From positions 63,426,001-63,490,000 of the forward strand of contig OX597825.1 in the NCBI GenBank assembly GCA_951406725.2: a DNA stretch of 64,000 bases. Reading direction: 5' to 3'. Below, in pieces: positions 13,630 to 27,130 of this stretch. Made by a program: the position numbers and the translations under genes. Every line of letters begins with the position of its first letter. The first letter of the stretch is position 1. The notes beneath the pieces are model-generated. The model was not told the origin of the DNA. It saw nothing but the letters and a program-made list of their open reading frames with translations, and made no database searches. This DNA is from Octopus vulgaris (lineage: Eukaryota).

Positions 13630-14018
13630 AAGGCTGGCAGAACCGTTAGCACGCCGGGCGAAATGTGTAGCCGTATTTCGTCTGCCGTTACGTTCTGAGT
13701 TCAAATTCGCCGAGGTCGACTTTGCCTTTCATCCTTTCGGGGTCGATTAAATAAGTACCAGTTACGCACTGGGGTCGATACAATCGACTTAATCCGTTTG
13801 TTTGTCCTTGTTTGTTCTGTCCGTGTTTACCCCCTGTGGGTAGTAAAGAAATAGGTATTTCGTCAGCTGCTATGTTCTGAGTTCAAATTCCGCCGAGGTC
13901 GACTTTGAATTTCATCCTTCCGGGGTCGATAAATTAAGTACCAGCTGTGCACTGGGGTTGATCTAATTGACTGGCCTCCTCCTCAAAAATTTCGGGCCCT
14001 GTGCCTAGAGTAGAAAAG
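13630..14018 (+). mobile_element. Dimeric SINE family A (long-tail unit plus short-tail unit)
   Basis: Two gttctgagttcaaattc...gccgaggtcgactttg units; flanking 16-bp TSD aatattttgatgccat / aatatttcgacgtcat. Confidence 0.88.
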
Positions 14019-14943
14019 AATATTTCGACGTCATGAGACAAAATGTGTGCAGGAACATGATTTTGTACACGAGACATAACAGACATTTAAGTCATGGCCA
14101 CAAATTGACCGGAGTTTGTTTTATGATATATAAAAGATGGAAAACATACTTGAACTATGAAGATTAAGAAATCATTATTTTGTCCATAACTATACCGATT
14201 TTGCCATTCCCTCGTCATGACGTATTAAACATAATATTAACGTTGAAGTGTTCTCATACGGGATATGTGACACTAACAGTATTAATCCAGCTCAGATGTT
14301 TTCCGCAAACAATAGCATACACTGGAATAACAAATCTATTAAGCGAGGATTATAACTACCTTTGTAATAAAAGGAACACAAACAACGACGCCGCCACCAA
14401 CTGCATGGTCCCACAATACTCTCGACTTGAATGGTCACCCTCCGGGGAAATCTCTGTTTTCTGTTTTCTGTTTCAGAAATACACTCAGCTGAGAATTATG
14501 TAAATATATATTGATTTGTCAATCATAACAAGTTGGAATATAATATGACAGCATGTAAGGCTCGTATGAATCAATAGTGAAGATGGTATTAGTAATCGAT
14601 TACAGCATCAATAACACAGCTTGCAGGAGCTTTGTGGGATTGGCAAAAATATTCTCGAGATATGGAAAATACATTGTTTGGCTTAGCGTGCGCAGGCACA
14701 AACGCATACACGTACATACGCACCCATATGCACAGACTTTTCAAATACTTACACTTTAAGTATGTGTTGTTACACTTTTGTCTTCTAATAACAATCTTTA
14801 CCCGCTTTTGAGTTGCTTAATGAATTAAAACTTAGGAGTGTCACCGAGACACTCCCTGGAGCGTATATTAAATCTATGCTTTCTCATTCTCTCTCTTCTC
14901 TTTCTCTCTCTCTCTCTTTGTTGAATGCAGCATCCTAACAAGT

Positions 14944-15215
14944 AGGTGTATGGCCTAGTGGTTAGAATGTTCCATTCACGGTCTCGAGGATTGCATTTTC
15001 GAGTCCCAAGCTATGTGGAACAAAACATTTTGTTTCACATTTCTCTATGATTATTTCGACATCTGAAGCGTGGTACATATGTGATCCCGTACAGGCAACG
15101 TCGATTTGATGGAGGGACTTAGCTTAGGTGAACGCAAAATTTGATCACGAGAAAAAGAGCATCTGCATGGTTGTTCAACAAGAAATGGTGGGCTCACCCA
15201 TCAATTTTTAACGGC
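14944..15215 (+). mobile_element. Diverged tRNA-derived SINE, family D
   Basis: tggcctagtggttag (box A) ... ttcgagtcc (box B) head followed by a non-tRNA body. Confidence 0.6.
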
Positions 15216-15228
15216 GCGTGAGTCCATA

Positions 15229-15263
<35 letters not shown>

Positions 15264-15289
15264 TGTATGTATGCATGTATGTATGTATG

Positions 15290-15410
15290 AGGGAACTGGA
15301 GCAATGTGAAATAAAGTGACTTGCTCAAGAACACAAAACACAACCCAGTCCAGCCATCGATCTCACTACCTCATGATTGTGAGCCCGTAATCTAACTACT
15401 GAGCATTGCG
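15290..15410 (-). mobile_element. SINE head fragment (tRNA plus CORE-like cttgagcaagtcactttattt)
   Basis: Minus strand reads gctcagtagttagattacgggctcacaatcatgaggtagtgagatcgat...gtgttcttgagcaagtcacttt. Confidence 0.6.
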
Positions 15411-15651
15411 ACGTCGCTGGTGCCAAGGAGTATCGGCCTTTGACATTCCCTTGGATAACATGATAAACACTACAAAGTGGTGTCCCAGCATAGCCGCAGT
15501 CAAATGATTGAAATAAGAAAAAGATAAAATATGCATAAAACTATATATACACAAATACATACGACACTGTCACTACATTTTTTTCTCTATCAAATTATGC
15601 ATTAATTGTCACACACTATTACATGTATGTACTTGTGTATAAATGTGATTT

Positions 15652-16027
15652 GTGGAGGCGCAACGGCCCAGTGGTTAGGGCAGCGGACTCGCGGTATAAG
15701 GATCGCGGTTTCGATTCCCAGACCGGGCGTTGTGAGCGAAAACACCTAAAGCTCCACGAGTCTCCGGCAGGGGACGGTGGTGATCCCTGCTGTACTCTTT
15801 CACCACAACTTTCTCTCACTCTTACTTCCTGTTTCTCTTGTACCTGTATTTCAAAGGGCCGGCCTTGTCACTCTCTGTGTCACGCTGAATATCCCCGAGA
15901 ACTACGTTAAAGGTACACGTGTCTGTGGAGTGCTCAGCCACTTACACGTTAATTTCACGAGCAGGCTGTTCCGTTGATTCGGATCAACCGGAACCCTCGT
16001 CGTCGTAACCGACGGAGTGCTTCCAAC
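15652..16027 (+). mobile_element. SINE family C, full length, tail type 2
   Basis: tRNA-like head ggcccagtggttagggcagcggactcg...ttcgattccc; 13-bp TSD ataaatgtgattt at 15639-15651 and 16028-16040. Confidence 0.93.
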
Positions 16028-16895
16028 ATAAATGTGATTTATACACATTGTTAGAATGCAATGCATTTGTGCGCCCTTTTATCAAACACCCAAGTAAATA
16101 CGATACACATTCAAACACTCACACACTCACACACAGACACACACGCACACGTCATGCTAAAGTATTGAACGATTATTGACATCTGGGCTTTCACAAATAA
16201 CACAATCCTCAAGGTATGTCCTTACTAATGTAATTACTAAAGAAAACACTCTAATGCTGTTGGTAACAAAAGTCTATTGTGAAAGTAGAATTAACTGAAT
16301 CATAATGATACAATGCCGTTCTAACGTATAATTATTGTCATTAGTCAAAGCTTACATATACCAAACAATTTACACATACATATATCTATACTCCCCTACG
16401 ACTAGACACACTCACAGTTTTATACACACATAGAGAAAGGTAGATACGTACATTACATTCATATATATATATATATACATATATACTTCAACACATATCT
16501 ATTTACCTAACTGCATACATACATACACACCCAGACATTTATTATTTATATCTATCTATCTATATATATATACATATATACATATATATATATATATGTA
16601 TATATATGTATATATATATATACATATATATATCTTCCTCACTATTTATATTGAGAGAGGAAGATAGATAAATGCATAAATACATGCACACAAATATAAA
16701 CAAAACTATATGCATGTATATATGTGTGTCTGTGTATTCGTCTGTGTGTGTATAATAAACCAGGATTCAAGTGGATCAGGCACTTAAATAGGCAGGCACC
16801 GGATCGGGTCGAGAAGTAAGATGCAAAAGGGTCATAGAATCATGAGGGTGAACATCCCGTTGGCTTTTGAATGTTTTTGAATGTTATGACTCATG

Positions 16896-16982
16896 TTTTC
16901 ACCTCATGAAAATGGTTTTTTATAATGATGTAATGTCACCATTAATCAATTAAAAGTTCGTTGGAAACAGCTGTAGCGAAAT
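16896..16982 (+). ncRNA. Degenerate type-I hammerhead-like motif
   Basis: tttcac CTCATGA (G5C) ... GAAA CAGCTG TA gcgaaa; palindromic stem III and partly pairing stem I. Confidence 0.45.
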
Positions 16983-17032
16983 GAAACATCATCCATCTGT
17001 TGTTTTATATATTAGAAACTTATATATATACA

Positions 17033-17220
17033 TACAACGATCTTGAACCCACAAGAGTAAAAACGAGAGACAGAAATACAATGCGAATATTCTTTTACAA
17101 AACTGTTCATTTAATTTTTCCAAAATTTTATTACTTTTTGCATACCTAAAGTTGAAAAAGTTTCAATGACTGAAACCGGTACTAAAATGTTTTTATGATA
17201 AAATTATTTTAGCATTTTCT
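17033..17220 (+). mobile_element. Short HHR-bearing repeat (U3-A8 family), copy 1
   Basis: Homologous to 26412-26640(-); contains ag TTGAAAA agt ttcaatg act GAAA CCGG TA ct at 17150-17183. Confidence 0.7.
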
Positions 17221-17249
17221 GTGTCAGGGTTTGCTCATACCTCTACAAA

Positions 17250-17420
17250 CTGACAACCGATGTTGATGTGTTTACGTCCACGTAACTTAGCAAATCGGCT
17301 AAACAAACCGATACAATAAGTACTAGATTTGAAAAATGTACTGAGATCGTTTCGTGTCGTCTAAAATTATTCAAGGTTGTACGACATCATGACTGCAGTC
17401 TAATGGCTGAAACAAGTACA
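17250..17420 (+). mobile_element. SINE family B, diverged 3' half
   Basis: tgacaaccgatgttgatgtgtttacgtcc...gtaacttagc...aataagtact...ctgaaacaagta. Confidence 0.75.
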
Positions 17421-18847
17421 ATGGTAAGCAATTATGCGTCCTGAGTATTCGTGTTATTATATGTAAAATGATAAATTTATTTTTGCAATTACGATATGCA
17501 TTTTACTCGGGCGTTAATAGTATAAGTCCGTGTCAGTGGTATGGACCTTTAAATTTTCCGTTACGGTATACAAACTCATGCCTGCCTTTGTGAGATGTAT
17601 AACAATTATATTAATATTATTTATTTAGGAAAGAATTAACTTCGATTTTAATGAACGTGCATCGTTGTTTTTTGGGGTTTCTTTTTTCAGAATAGATAGC
17701 TAAAACATGTTTTACAACATTCAAAACTATGCATATGCTTTACAAAACTTGATACACATTTTGATAAACAGGAGTTGAAAACTTGCAAGATGGAATCCGA
17801 ACTTGTGAACACTTAAGTTACATTCGATAACTGCATTGTGAATTCAGAAAATTGATAAATATAATATATACAAGTTATAACATGTTACTTCCATTATTTT
17901 CCTTTCCATGATTTTTGTTTAATGCCTGACGCGAGCTTAAAGCAGATTGTTGTTGTCGCTGCTTTGATGTACCATTGTTTCACTATTAAAACGGTCAACT
18001 GAATCTCCTCCTCATTGAATCTTAAATGTTCTTCAGAATCCTATTGTTTTATTGTGTTAAGTTTCATTAAAGGTATATCAGAGATGACATTCTGTACGAG
18101 TTGACATTAAGTTATCAATTCCAGTTTTGTTTTCTCTCAGCGATATGCTTCATATTTAATTCAGTGAAACAAGTAGCGATAAGATAACGGCCATTAACGC
18201 AATACTGCAGATGAAAGCATAAACCCATATTATTTAAGGTCAGTAGGTTGCTGAATCACTTAACACTTAATGTGTATTCCATTTGCATCAACTGCGATGT
18301 TATCAAACTGAGAAATGTTGTTCCTATTAAATATTTCAGCTTAAATCATTAGCATCAATGTATATAAATCTACATTGGATGTAAATCATTCAGCTTTACA
18401 CAGTGAGGCTCGAGAAGCCATGTAATATGTAATATATAACACAGGTTAAACGATGGAGTAACACAGTCAATAGCAATACATTGTAAACGTCGTTACTTTC
18501 TTAAGTTATTGTGTGTAGTTTGGTACATTTATGTCGTCGTCCGAAAAGTCGCGAGGAAAACCACTGAAACATTCATACTTTTATCATCTTTGAAATCAAC
18601 CATATAATAGGGTCATCTTGCAAAACCATAGGGTGTGACCCTTCTCTTTGATTTGTAAGAGCATGACTGAACATTGTTCATATAAATGAATAATGAGTTT
18701 AATAGGAAAGATTTCCCTTCAAACAATGTTCACAGTAGTGTGCTGTGGACATTGAAATCGTCTTAAGTAATCGTAGTGCTTAAACCTAACGGAAGACTTC
18801 AAATTAAATTTAATGTTGTTACTTATAGTGGTAAACCTTCCTGGGTC

Positions 18848-19200
18848 TGGCCTTATCGTGGTGAGAGAGGTTCGTATTCCATAGATCCAAGAGAGGGTTA
18901 CTGTCTGGAGCGTTGCTCTTGGTGGGACCATTCTATGCAGGTCCCAGACTAATGTGACTCACGGCATGTCGGCTTGCCACCAAGATGGCAGCTACATCAT
19001 CCGACTTATCTGAGGAGGATCAATAACCCGCCCAGAAGAACCTTCAACCTGTTATGACAACGACCAGAAGAACCCAGAATGCCCGACAAACCAGACATTT
19101 AGGATGTAGCGATGGCAAGCACTGGTGAACCTGGTCGGCTCTATGCATGATGACCTCTATGGGACCACTAGCCTGGGATGACCCCTGTCTCAACAAGCAA
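18848..19200 (+). mobile_element. RTE-clade (Expander-like) LINE 5' UTR fragment
   Basis: ccttatcgtggtgagagaggttcgtattccatagatcc...tgctcttggtgggacc...caggtcccagactaa resembles the conserved RTE 5' end as I recall it. Confidence 0.55.
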
Positions 19201-19579
19201 GAGCATGAGCGAAGCGTACCTATGTATTGTGACGCATTATTTCTATACTCCTAGTATCTATTGATAGCTAGGTAGAGTGACTGTTAAAACTTAACTCTGT
19301 TGATTATGTACATGATGCTGTACCATTGACAGGATGTATATGGGCTCATACAAACACGTAATCCGTTACTGTGTCAATTCATGTAACTCCGTAGGGTATG
19401 ATAAGTGGGTAAAATCTAGAACCCGAGGTAAATGATAATGGTCTCTTTCGACATCCAAACGGCGACCGTGAAAGGGTTCGATCGAGCATTACTTTGCTTG
19501 AATAATAAAGAATTCATCTCTCTATATCTATATATCTATCTTGGTTATCTCTCTGACAGCCAACTTACGTATCTGTTTG

Positions 19580-19632
<53 letters not shown>

Positions 19633-19826
19633 ATATATATATATATATATAAAATATACATACACATTAATGGATACACACATATTAATAGTTACACATG
19701 CACATAGATGTATATGTATATCTATGTGTATGTGTATATATGTGGTTGTTATATATATATATGCATGCATAAACGTATATAAATAAATATATATATGCAT
19801 ACATAAGCATATATGCATACATAAGC

Positions 19827-19858
<32 letters not shown>

Positions 19859-20565
19859 GTGTGTGCGTGTGTGTGTGTTTGTGTGTGTATGTATATATGT
19901 ATGTATTTTTGTATGTACGAGCATAAATATTCAAAATATATACTTGTGAATAAGTACATACACAGGTAGTGGGATTTATGTCTATATACATGCGTGTGTA
20001 CCCGGTGATATAGACACTCGTACATATCGTTGAATAAGTCTTCATTTATCCCCCGCTTATCCCTACTGATACACATACACATTTATGCATATTCATACAC
20101 ATTAAACATATAGGTGCTGCACACTCAGATACATTCATACAAAACAACATACACACATCCAGTTGCACACGTACTTACATTACCTACACAAATTTACAGA
20201 CACCCAGCTTATTGTTCCTTGATTCAATATGATGTCTGTATTCCTCATTGTCTCAGGTTCTTAAAAAGAATTCTTTGCAAAACTGAAATATACAAGAAAT
20301 ATGTAACTTCACCAAACAAGATTAGTGCGATGAACACTTGTTTTGTAACAGCAATCTTAAGTGAAAGATTTCAGATCTGATTATTGACTTTTTGTCTTTT
20401 GTTTGCCATTCTTTATATGTTGTTTGCTATTCTTTACTTATTGTTGTTTCCCGTGTCCATATTTGATTCTCATACTTCTTTTGTAATTGTTTTATTTCTT
20501 ATTGCTTTACAGAAACACTTCTGGCAACAATACAGGAACCAGTTATGTAGATATATATATATATG

Positions 20566-20604
<39 letters not shown>

Positions 20605-21021
20605 ATTCATATGTATCTATGTATGTATACATATGTGTGTGTCCGTGTGTGTATGCATGCATATATGCATATGAATATAGCTTCAATCGCAAACTCAGCA
20701 GATATAGAAATACACCATTTCTTTAAGAAAATTATTTCTGTGTGCAGTACACGTTATGTAATTTAAAATTTGTACTTGTTTCCAGTGGATACAGACATAC
20801 AAACACACTCAAACAAATATAAGAAACACATGCACAAACTATAAGAACGATTCGTTCTTGTATTTAAACAGTTAATTAAGTCTAGGTTGACCAAGTCTTA
20901 CACAAAATAGGGTATTTATTGTTTGCACTTATAATATGAGCAAATCGTTGTTCTCTGTTTTTAAGAGACAAGTTTGGTAACTGTAGCAGATGAGACGTAA
21001 AAACGTAGTAACGCATAATAC

Positions 21022-21090
21022 TATAGCCCCGGGCCGGCCAAAGGCTTGTGAGTGGATTTGGTAGACGGAAACTGAAAAAAGCTTGTCCGA
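21022..21090 (+). mobile_element. SINE family B internal fragment
   Basis: ctatagccccgggccggccaaaggcttgtgagtggatttggtagacggaaactgaaa. Confidence 0.8.
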
Positions 21091-21743
21091 CAAAAGGAAA
21101 AAAAAAAAAAGAAATATTGGCCTTAGATTTGACGAGTATATTATCATATTGACCCCCAAAAGTATGCACGTCAGAGGTGACCATGTTGTGATGTGAATTC
21201 CAAATTCATTGAAGTGAAACGATTAGGATAGATGCTTGAACAATTTTCTATCAATTGGCCGATATATAAACATTTATAGTTACATATATACAGAAGCATA
21301 TAACCTTATGATTTGGCAATGTCAATTAAGTAACGGTTATCACCCTTTACTTATTGGCGTCAGTTAAGTGCATTCGATATGTAATTTATCTTAATTAGAT
21401 TTGCATGAATTTAACCAGCTGGTTTTCGAGACGTTGTCTTTAAAGATATGATAGTTCTGATAACTAAATCAATTAAATTTAATATTCGTTTTCTAGGTTT
21501 ACTAAATTAAGTATGTTGAAGCTCATTTCACTGACTTGGAAAATATTCAGTGCTGCTTCAGTAGTACTGAGTATTGTCTAGTTCAGAGATGTATATGATT
21601 ACAAAAGTGATTAATATATGTATTTGCATGTAGAAATAAAATTACTCAAGGACATTGCGAGTATATAAGCTTAACTACTCCGCTGTCATCATCGTGTCTC
21701 ATTGTTTATTTCTACTTAAACGTATATGTTCTATTAGAGCAAA

Positions 21744-22728
21744 CTATATTGCGGTAGTTACTATGAGAGAAACTTTCATATTGGCTTTTGGTGAAAAATG
21801 CAATCGTTTGTAACATCGGCGGGGAGATAAATCGCTACCACCTCCAGTGTCGAAACCAGACTTTGTGATTTCGACCCTCTTTGGTCTTGTCAACGATGGA
21901 CGCTCGACCGTTCGAGGAACCAGCGATTCATCTCTACGTCAGCAATCTATAGAGTGACGGTACCAGACATTGATGTCACGATTAGACAGTTAGCTTGTTA
22001 AAATATTTATATATTTATATATAGGCGCAGGAGTGGCTGTGTGGAAAGTAGCTTGCTAACCAGCCACATGGTTCCGGGTTCAGTCCCACTGGGTGGCATC
22101 TTGGGCAAGTGTCTTCTGCTATAGCCCCGGGCCGACTAATGCCTTGTGAGTGGATTTGGTAGACGGAAACTGAAAGAAGCCTGTCGTATATTATGTATAT
22201 ATATATATGTGTGTGTGTATGTCTGTGTTTTTCCCCCTACCATTGCTTGACAACCGATGCTGGTGTGTTTACGTCCCCGTCACTTAGCGGTTCGGCAAAA
22301 GAGACCGAAAGAATAAGTACTGAGCTTACAAAGAATAAGTCCCGGGGTCGATTTGCTCGACTAAAGGCGGTGCTCCAGCATGGCCGCAGTCAAATGACTG
22401 AAACAAGTAAAAGAATAAAAGAAAAGAAAAAAGAATATTAGCGATAGGTCAATATCAATACCGAGAGATGTTATTTATCCACGCTATATTGCAGTAGTTA
22501 CCAAGAAAGAAACTCTCGTACTAGCTTTTTGTAGATAAAGCACGTACTGGCTTTTGGTAGCAACGAGATAAAACCCCACCACCTCCAGTATCGAATCTTC
22601 CAGATCACGTAATTTCGACCTTCTTTGATCATATCAATGATTCATCTCCCCGCCAGCGATATATAGATTGACAGCGCCAGAACAGGCATCGGTGTCACAG
22701 TTAACCAGTTAGCATCTTAAATATATTT
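21744..22728 (-). repeat. Diverged direct repeat (21744-22010 and 22484-22728) with an HHR-like core, split by a SINE
   Basis: Shared ctatattgc.gtagtta...accacctccagt.tcgaa...atttcgacc.tctttg.tc...gattcatctc...gtcac...cagttagc. Confidence 0.7.
22024..22425 (+). mobile_element. SINE family B, full length
   Basis: ggcgcaggagtggctgtgtgg...gggttcagtcccact...cttgggcaagtgtctt (CORE-like), central (TA)(TG) tract, A-rich tail. Confidence 0.93.
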
Positions 22729-22789
22729 GTAATACCGATTCCTCATCCACAGTCTGATTTTGACGACTGAATAAATATGCTTCCATTCA

Positions 22790-22823
22790 TCTATCGATCT
22801 ATCGATCGATCTATCTATCTATA

Positions 22824-22883
<60 letters not shown>

Positions 22884-22884
22884 A

Positions 22885-22933
<49 letters not shown>

Positions 22934-22990
22934 CCTATCTATCTGTTTATTTATCTACCTACGTACCTACCCATCTATTTATCTCTCTCT

Positions 22991-23050
<60 letters not shown>

Positions 23051-23060
23051 CATATATATA
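22790..23060. repeat. (TATC)n plus (TA)n microsatellite
   Basis: Directly visible. Confidence 0.95.
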
Positions 23061-23487
23061 TGTATATTTTTAATTGTGTGTGTGTACATACACAAACGCA
23101 ATGCAGTTACTTCAACGACAATTTTTAATTTCATTATTACTTTTTTGCATTTCACTTCTAATATTTAATTTCCTATTAATCAATGTTATTCTCATCATAC
23201 TCAGATAATAAATGCTATTCCACTGACGCAATTTATGATCCATAAGTCAAGGACCATTCATCATAAGACCAGAACTATTAGTCTACTATCCGCGTAATGA
23301 AATAATGGACAATACTTAATTTAATCAAATGCAAGCAAGAGCGTAACTTCAACAGCATGATATATTCGGACACTGCACTTTAGTCAGAGGCGAGATTAAG
23401 TAATTGTAATATATTTATACAAATCACTCTAAATATTAGAAAAATTATAATAAACGCAAATCTGCTAAAGTACAAAGTTTATGATGT

Positions 23488-23860
23488 GAGGTAAGAAGCT
23501 TGCTTCCCACCACTTGGTTGCAGGTTCAGTCACGCTTCATGGTACCTAGGGCAAGTGTCTTCTACTATAGCTTCAGGCCAACTAAGACCTTGTTAGCGTA
23601 TTTGGTAGACGGAAACTGAAAGAAGCTCGCCATATGTATACATATATGTGTGTGTGTCTTTGTGTCTGTATTTGTCCCCGCACCACCGCTAGACAACTGG
23701 TGACAGTGTGTTTACGTTCCGGTAAATTAGCGGACAAAAGAAGCCGATTGAATAATTACCAGGATTAAGCAAGTAAGTACTGGTGTCGTTTAATCCGACA
23801 AAAAATTGTTCCAGCATGGCCGTAATCTAATGACTGAAACGAGTGAAAAGAAAAAGAAAA
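23488..23860 (+). mobile_element. SINE family B, older diverged copy
   Basis: Collinear similarity to 22024-22425. Confidence 0.85.
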
Positions 23861-24139
23861 CATGTAATATACCTTGTCCTTCTTTTACAGGTAATATAAT
23901 AAAACCAAATTTCTTGGCATCTTCTTCGTCTTTCTTCGGCATTTAGTTAAGGACAGTTATTTTATTGCCTCTAAGCGTACAGGAAAAAAACAACAACTTT
24001 AAAGAAAATGGTACTTGAATCACTATCAGTTAGAACTTAAGCTGTAACAACTAAAAGAAATTTGCTAGGGATGCGTTTGTCGTCGACGTGATTAAGTAAT
24101 TGATAGGTATTCATGTTCAATAGTGACTTCAAGAAAATC

Positions 24140-24335
24140 GGAGATAATATTGACTAAAGAGTAGACGAGTGTTTCCCAATAGCTTATATGCTGCACAGAG
24201 GCTATCTTCGTGTAGCTTCGTTGGATTGACCTTAAGTTATGAGATAATTTGACACTGGTTGGTGACCATAGCTGAGAGCAATAGTTAAAGTGACTTAGGA
24301 CAGATGTCCTCCAGAGGACCATCATGGTTTCCTAT
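24140..24335 (-). mobile_element. CR1/L2-group LINE ORF2 C-terminal fragment
   Basis: LWRTSVLSHFNYCSQLWSP...IQRSYTKI...ISYWE matches the CR1 motif LxRPHLEYCxxxWSP...VQRxxTK...LSYxERL. Confidence 0.8.
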
Positions 24336-24415
24336 GAATATAGTATAATATAACATAACATAATATTATATAACATAAATAATTATAAAAACCATAATTG
24401 GATGTTTAAAACCCC

Positions 24416-24940
24416 TGGGCTAGAGCAAATATTCTGCACAGCACTACAGATTTGCCTGTCAGTTGCTTGACCTTCACCAGTTGAGCATGACCTTTAGTGG
24501 CTGACGATAGGTACATCTCTGATCACGAGCAGAAGTAGTGGGAGTGCATCATAGCCATGGTGATCACATATTAAGATATACAGCGTATTACCTCGCAGGT
24601 GGGTTCCAGTTAGAATTCTCTTCAGGTCGAGTAGCGCATCCCGCTCTAAAGGTCCCTGAATAAGGGTAGTTTCGAAAGGAGAATTATTTAAATCGCAAAG
24701 AATTCCTCACAACACATGGCTGTGATGCTCCCCCACTACTTCTGCTCGTGATCAGAGATGCACATATTGTCAGCCACTAAAGGACATGCTCAAATGGTTA
24801 AGGTCAAGCAACTGGCAATCAAATCTGTGTTATTGAGCACAATATCTGCTGTAGTCCATATTTTGTGCCAAGACAAAAGAATGTACATGATATCACTTCC
24901 AGTCAGTTAAGAGGAGAAGCCATGAGAGTCACTGCTTGGT
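24416..24940. repeat. Interspersed repeat with internal inversion (~143-bp inverted arms)
   Basis: 24416-24559 is the reverse complement of 24715-24858. Confidence 0.85.
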
Positions 24941-24949
24941 GCGGTTATT

Positions 24950-24991
24950 CTCCTCCTCTTCCTCCTCCTCCTCCTCCTCCTCCTCCTCCTC

Positions 24992-25075
<84 letters not shown>

Positions 25076-25135
25076 GACATGCTTACATTCATGCATACAT
25101 ACATACATACATACATACATACATACATACATACG
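24950..25135. repeat. Compound (CCT)n(CTT)n(TTA)n(ATAC)n microsatellite
   Basis: Directly visible. Confidence 0.95.
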
Positions 25136-26338
25136 TTCATGCGAACACAGAAATATACAAACTAAAAGTATATGTAGTAAAGTAATGCTGATAAATTCGT
25201 TTTTCGATGTTTTTACTGCTTACAATACACTGAGGCAAATGAAAGAGCATGCAAGACGGTACCTATGTATTTATATACATCCATCATGTCTGTCTGCCTG
25301 CCTCCTGCCAAATCTTTGTCCATACACACACACATACACACAAATATATAGATTGAGAGAGATATATACATACATATATATACATATATATTTATATATA
25401 TATACATATATATAATTATGTATATACACTTATAAGCACATATATATATATATTGATATATGATGATATATATATATTTATAAATATATACATGCATATA
25501 CATATACATAAATACATACACAAATAGATAGATACATACATATACATACATATATGCATATACATACACTAATATCTCTTATAAATCATGAAATCATATA
25601 AATATCTTGCCCAGACAAAAACACATTTATCATACATAAATCAGATATTTAAATCGTACACTTTGAAACATAAATTATGCATATATAGAAATTCGCATAT
25701 ATATCAAGCGAAAACTATTGTCTTACTAACACACAAATACACAATATATGCAAACAAATATTACACACGCACACGTTAAAGATTTCCTTATGTATGTATA
25801 TATACATATATATATACGTATATATTCGTTCATTTATATATACATATGTGTGTGCATGTATTTGTATATGCTTTTGTTTGTGTGTATATAATACACACAT
25901 ATAATACACACATACATATTTGTGTGTGTGTGTGTATGTAAGTATATACATATACACACACATATATCTATATCTATATCTACATATCTCTCCATCTCTC
26001 TCTCTCTCTCTATACATATATACATACATATATATATGTATATACATACATATATATATATATATATATGTATGTATATACATATATATATATATAAAAA
26101 GTATGTACGTATTCGTTCATTTATATATACATGTGTGTTCATGAATTTGTATATGCTTTTGTTTATGTGTATATATATATATATATATTCACGCATATAA
26201 TATACACATATATACGCGTATATATGTGTGTGTGTCTGTGTATGTATGTACATACATATACACACACATATATCTATATCTATATTTATATCTATATCTA
26301 AATCTACATCTTACTCTCTTTATTTCTCTCTCTCATTC

Positions 26339-26397
<59 letters not shown>

Positions 26398-26411
26398 ATA
26401 TATATATATAT

Positions 26412-26640
26412 TTATGGAAAAAATTCAAAGTAGAAAATGCTAAGATAATTTTATAAAACACATTTCAGTACCAGTTTCAGTCATTGAGACGTTTTCAACT
26501 GTAAGTATGGAAAACAATTAAATTTTGGAAGAATTATAGGAAAAGAATATTTGCACATTACTCAAATACAAGGGGCATTTTCCTCGTTCCTGGCTGTCTC
26601 TGTCTCTCTTGTTTACTCTTGTGGGTTCGAGGTCGTTGTG
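26412..26640 (-). mobile_element. Short HHR-bearing repeat (U3-A8 family), copy 2
   Basis: Minus strand cag TTGAAAA cgt ctcaatg act GAAA CTGG TA ctgaaatg at 26461-26508; abuts (TA)n. Confidence 0.7.
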
Positions 26641-26661
26641 AATGTTTGGCAGGGAAGAAGG

Positions 26662-26798
26662 CGAAGAAGAAGAAGAAGAAGAAGAAGAAGAAGAAGAAGA
26701 AGAAGAAGAAGAAGAAGAAGAAGAAGAAGAAGGAGAAGGAGAAGAAGAAGAAGAAGAAGAAGAAGAAGAAGAAGAAGAAGAAGAAGAAGAAGAAGAAG
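26662..26798. repeat. (GAA)n microsatellite
   Basis: Directly visible. Confidence 0.95.
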
Positions 26799-27130
26799 CA
26801 ATATACCACCCCAGACACAACAGAATGAATATCCCCTTCAACCCTAGCAAAAGGGATATGTACTACAGCTTCTAATGCAAACACCAGAGACACAAGATCA
26901 CTCTGTCTATGAAGATCAAGTTGACTAGTGCACAGGAGCGCAACATATCAGATATCGAAATAATAGTAGAGTAACGTGAAGGATTTTACTGAACAGCACA
27001 ACTCACCTATCGGTCGGGGAATCGAAATCCCTTTCTTGTCATCTCGAGTGTAAAACTCTAATAAGCCGCGCACATTCACTAAACACACACACACACACAC
27101 ACTCACATATGCACACACAAACACACATAC

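Noticed and set aside
15652-15730. tRNA-like sequence (also the heads at 11291, 14944, 22024)
   Set aside because: Each continues into a SINE body, some with TSDs; no intact cloverleaf, so not called as tRNA genes
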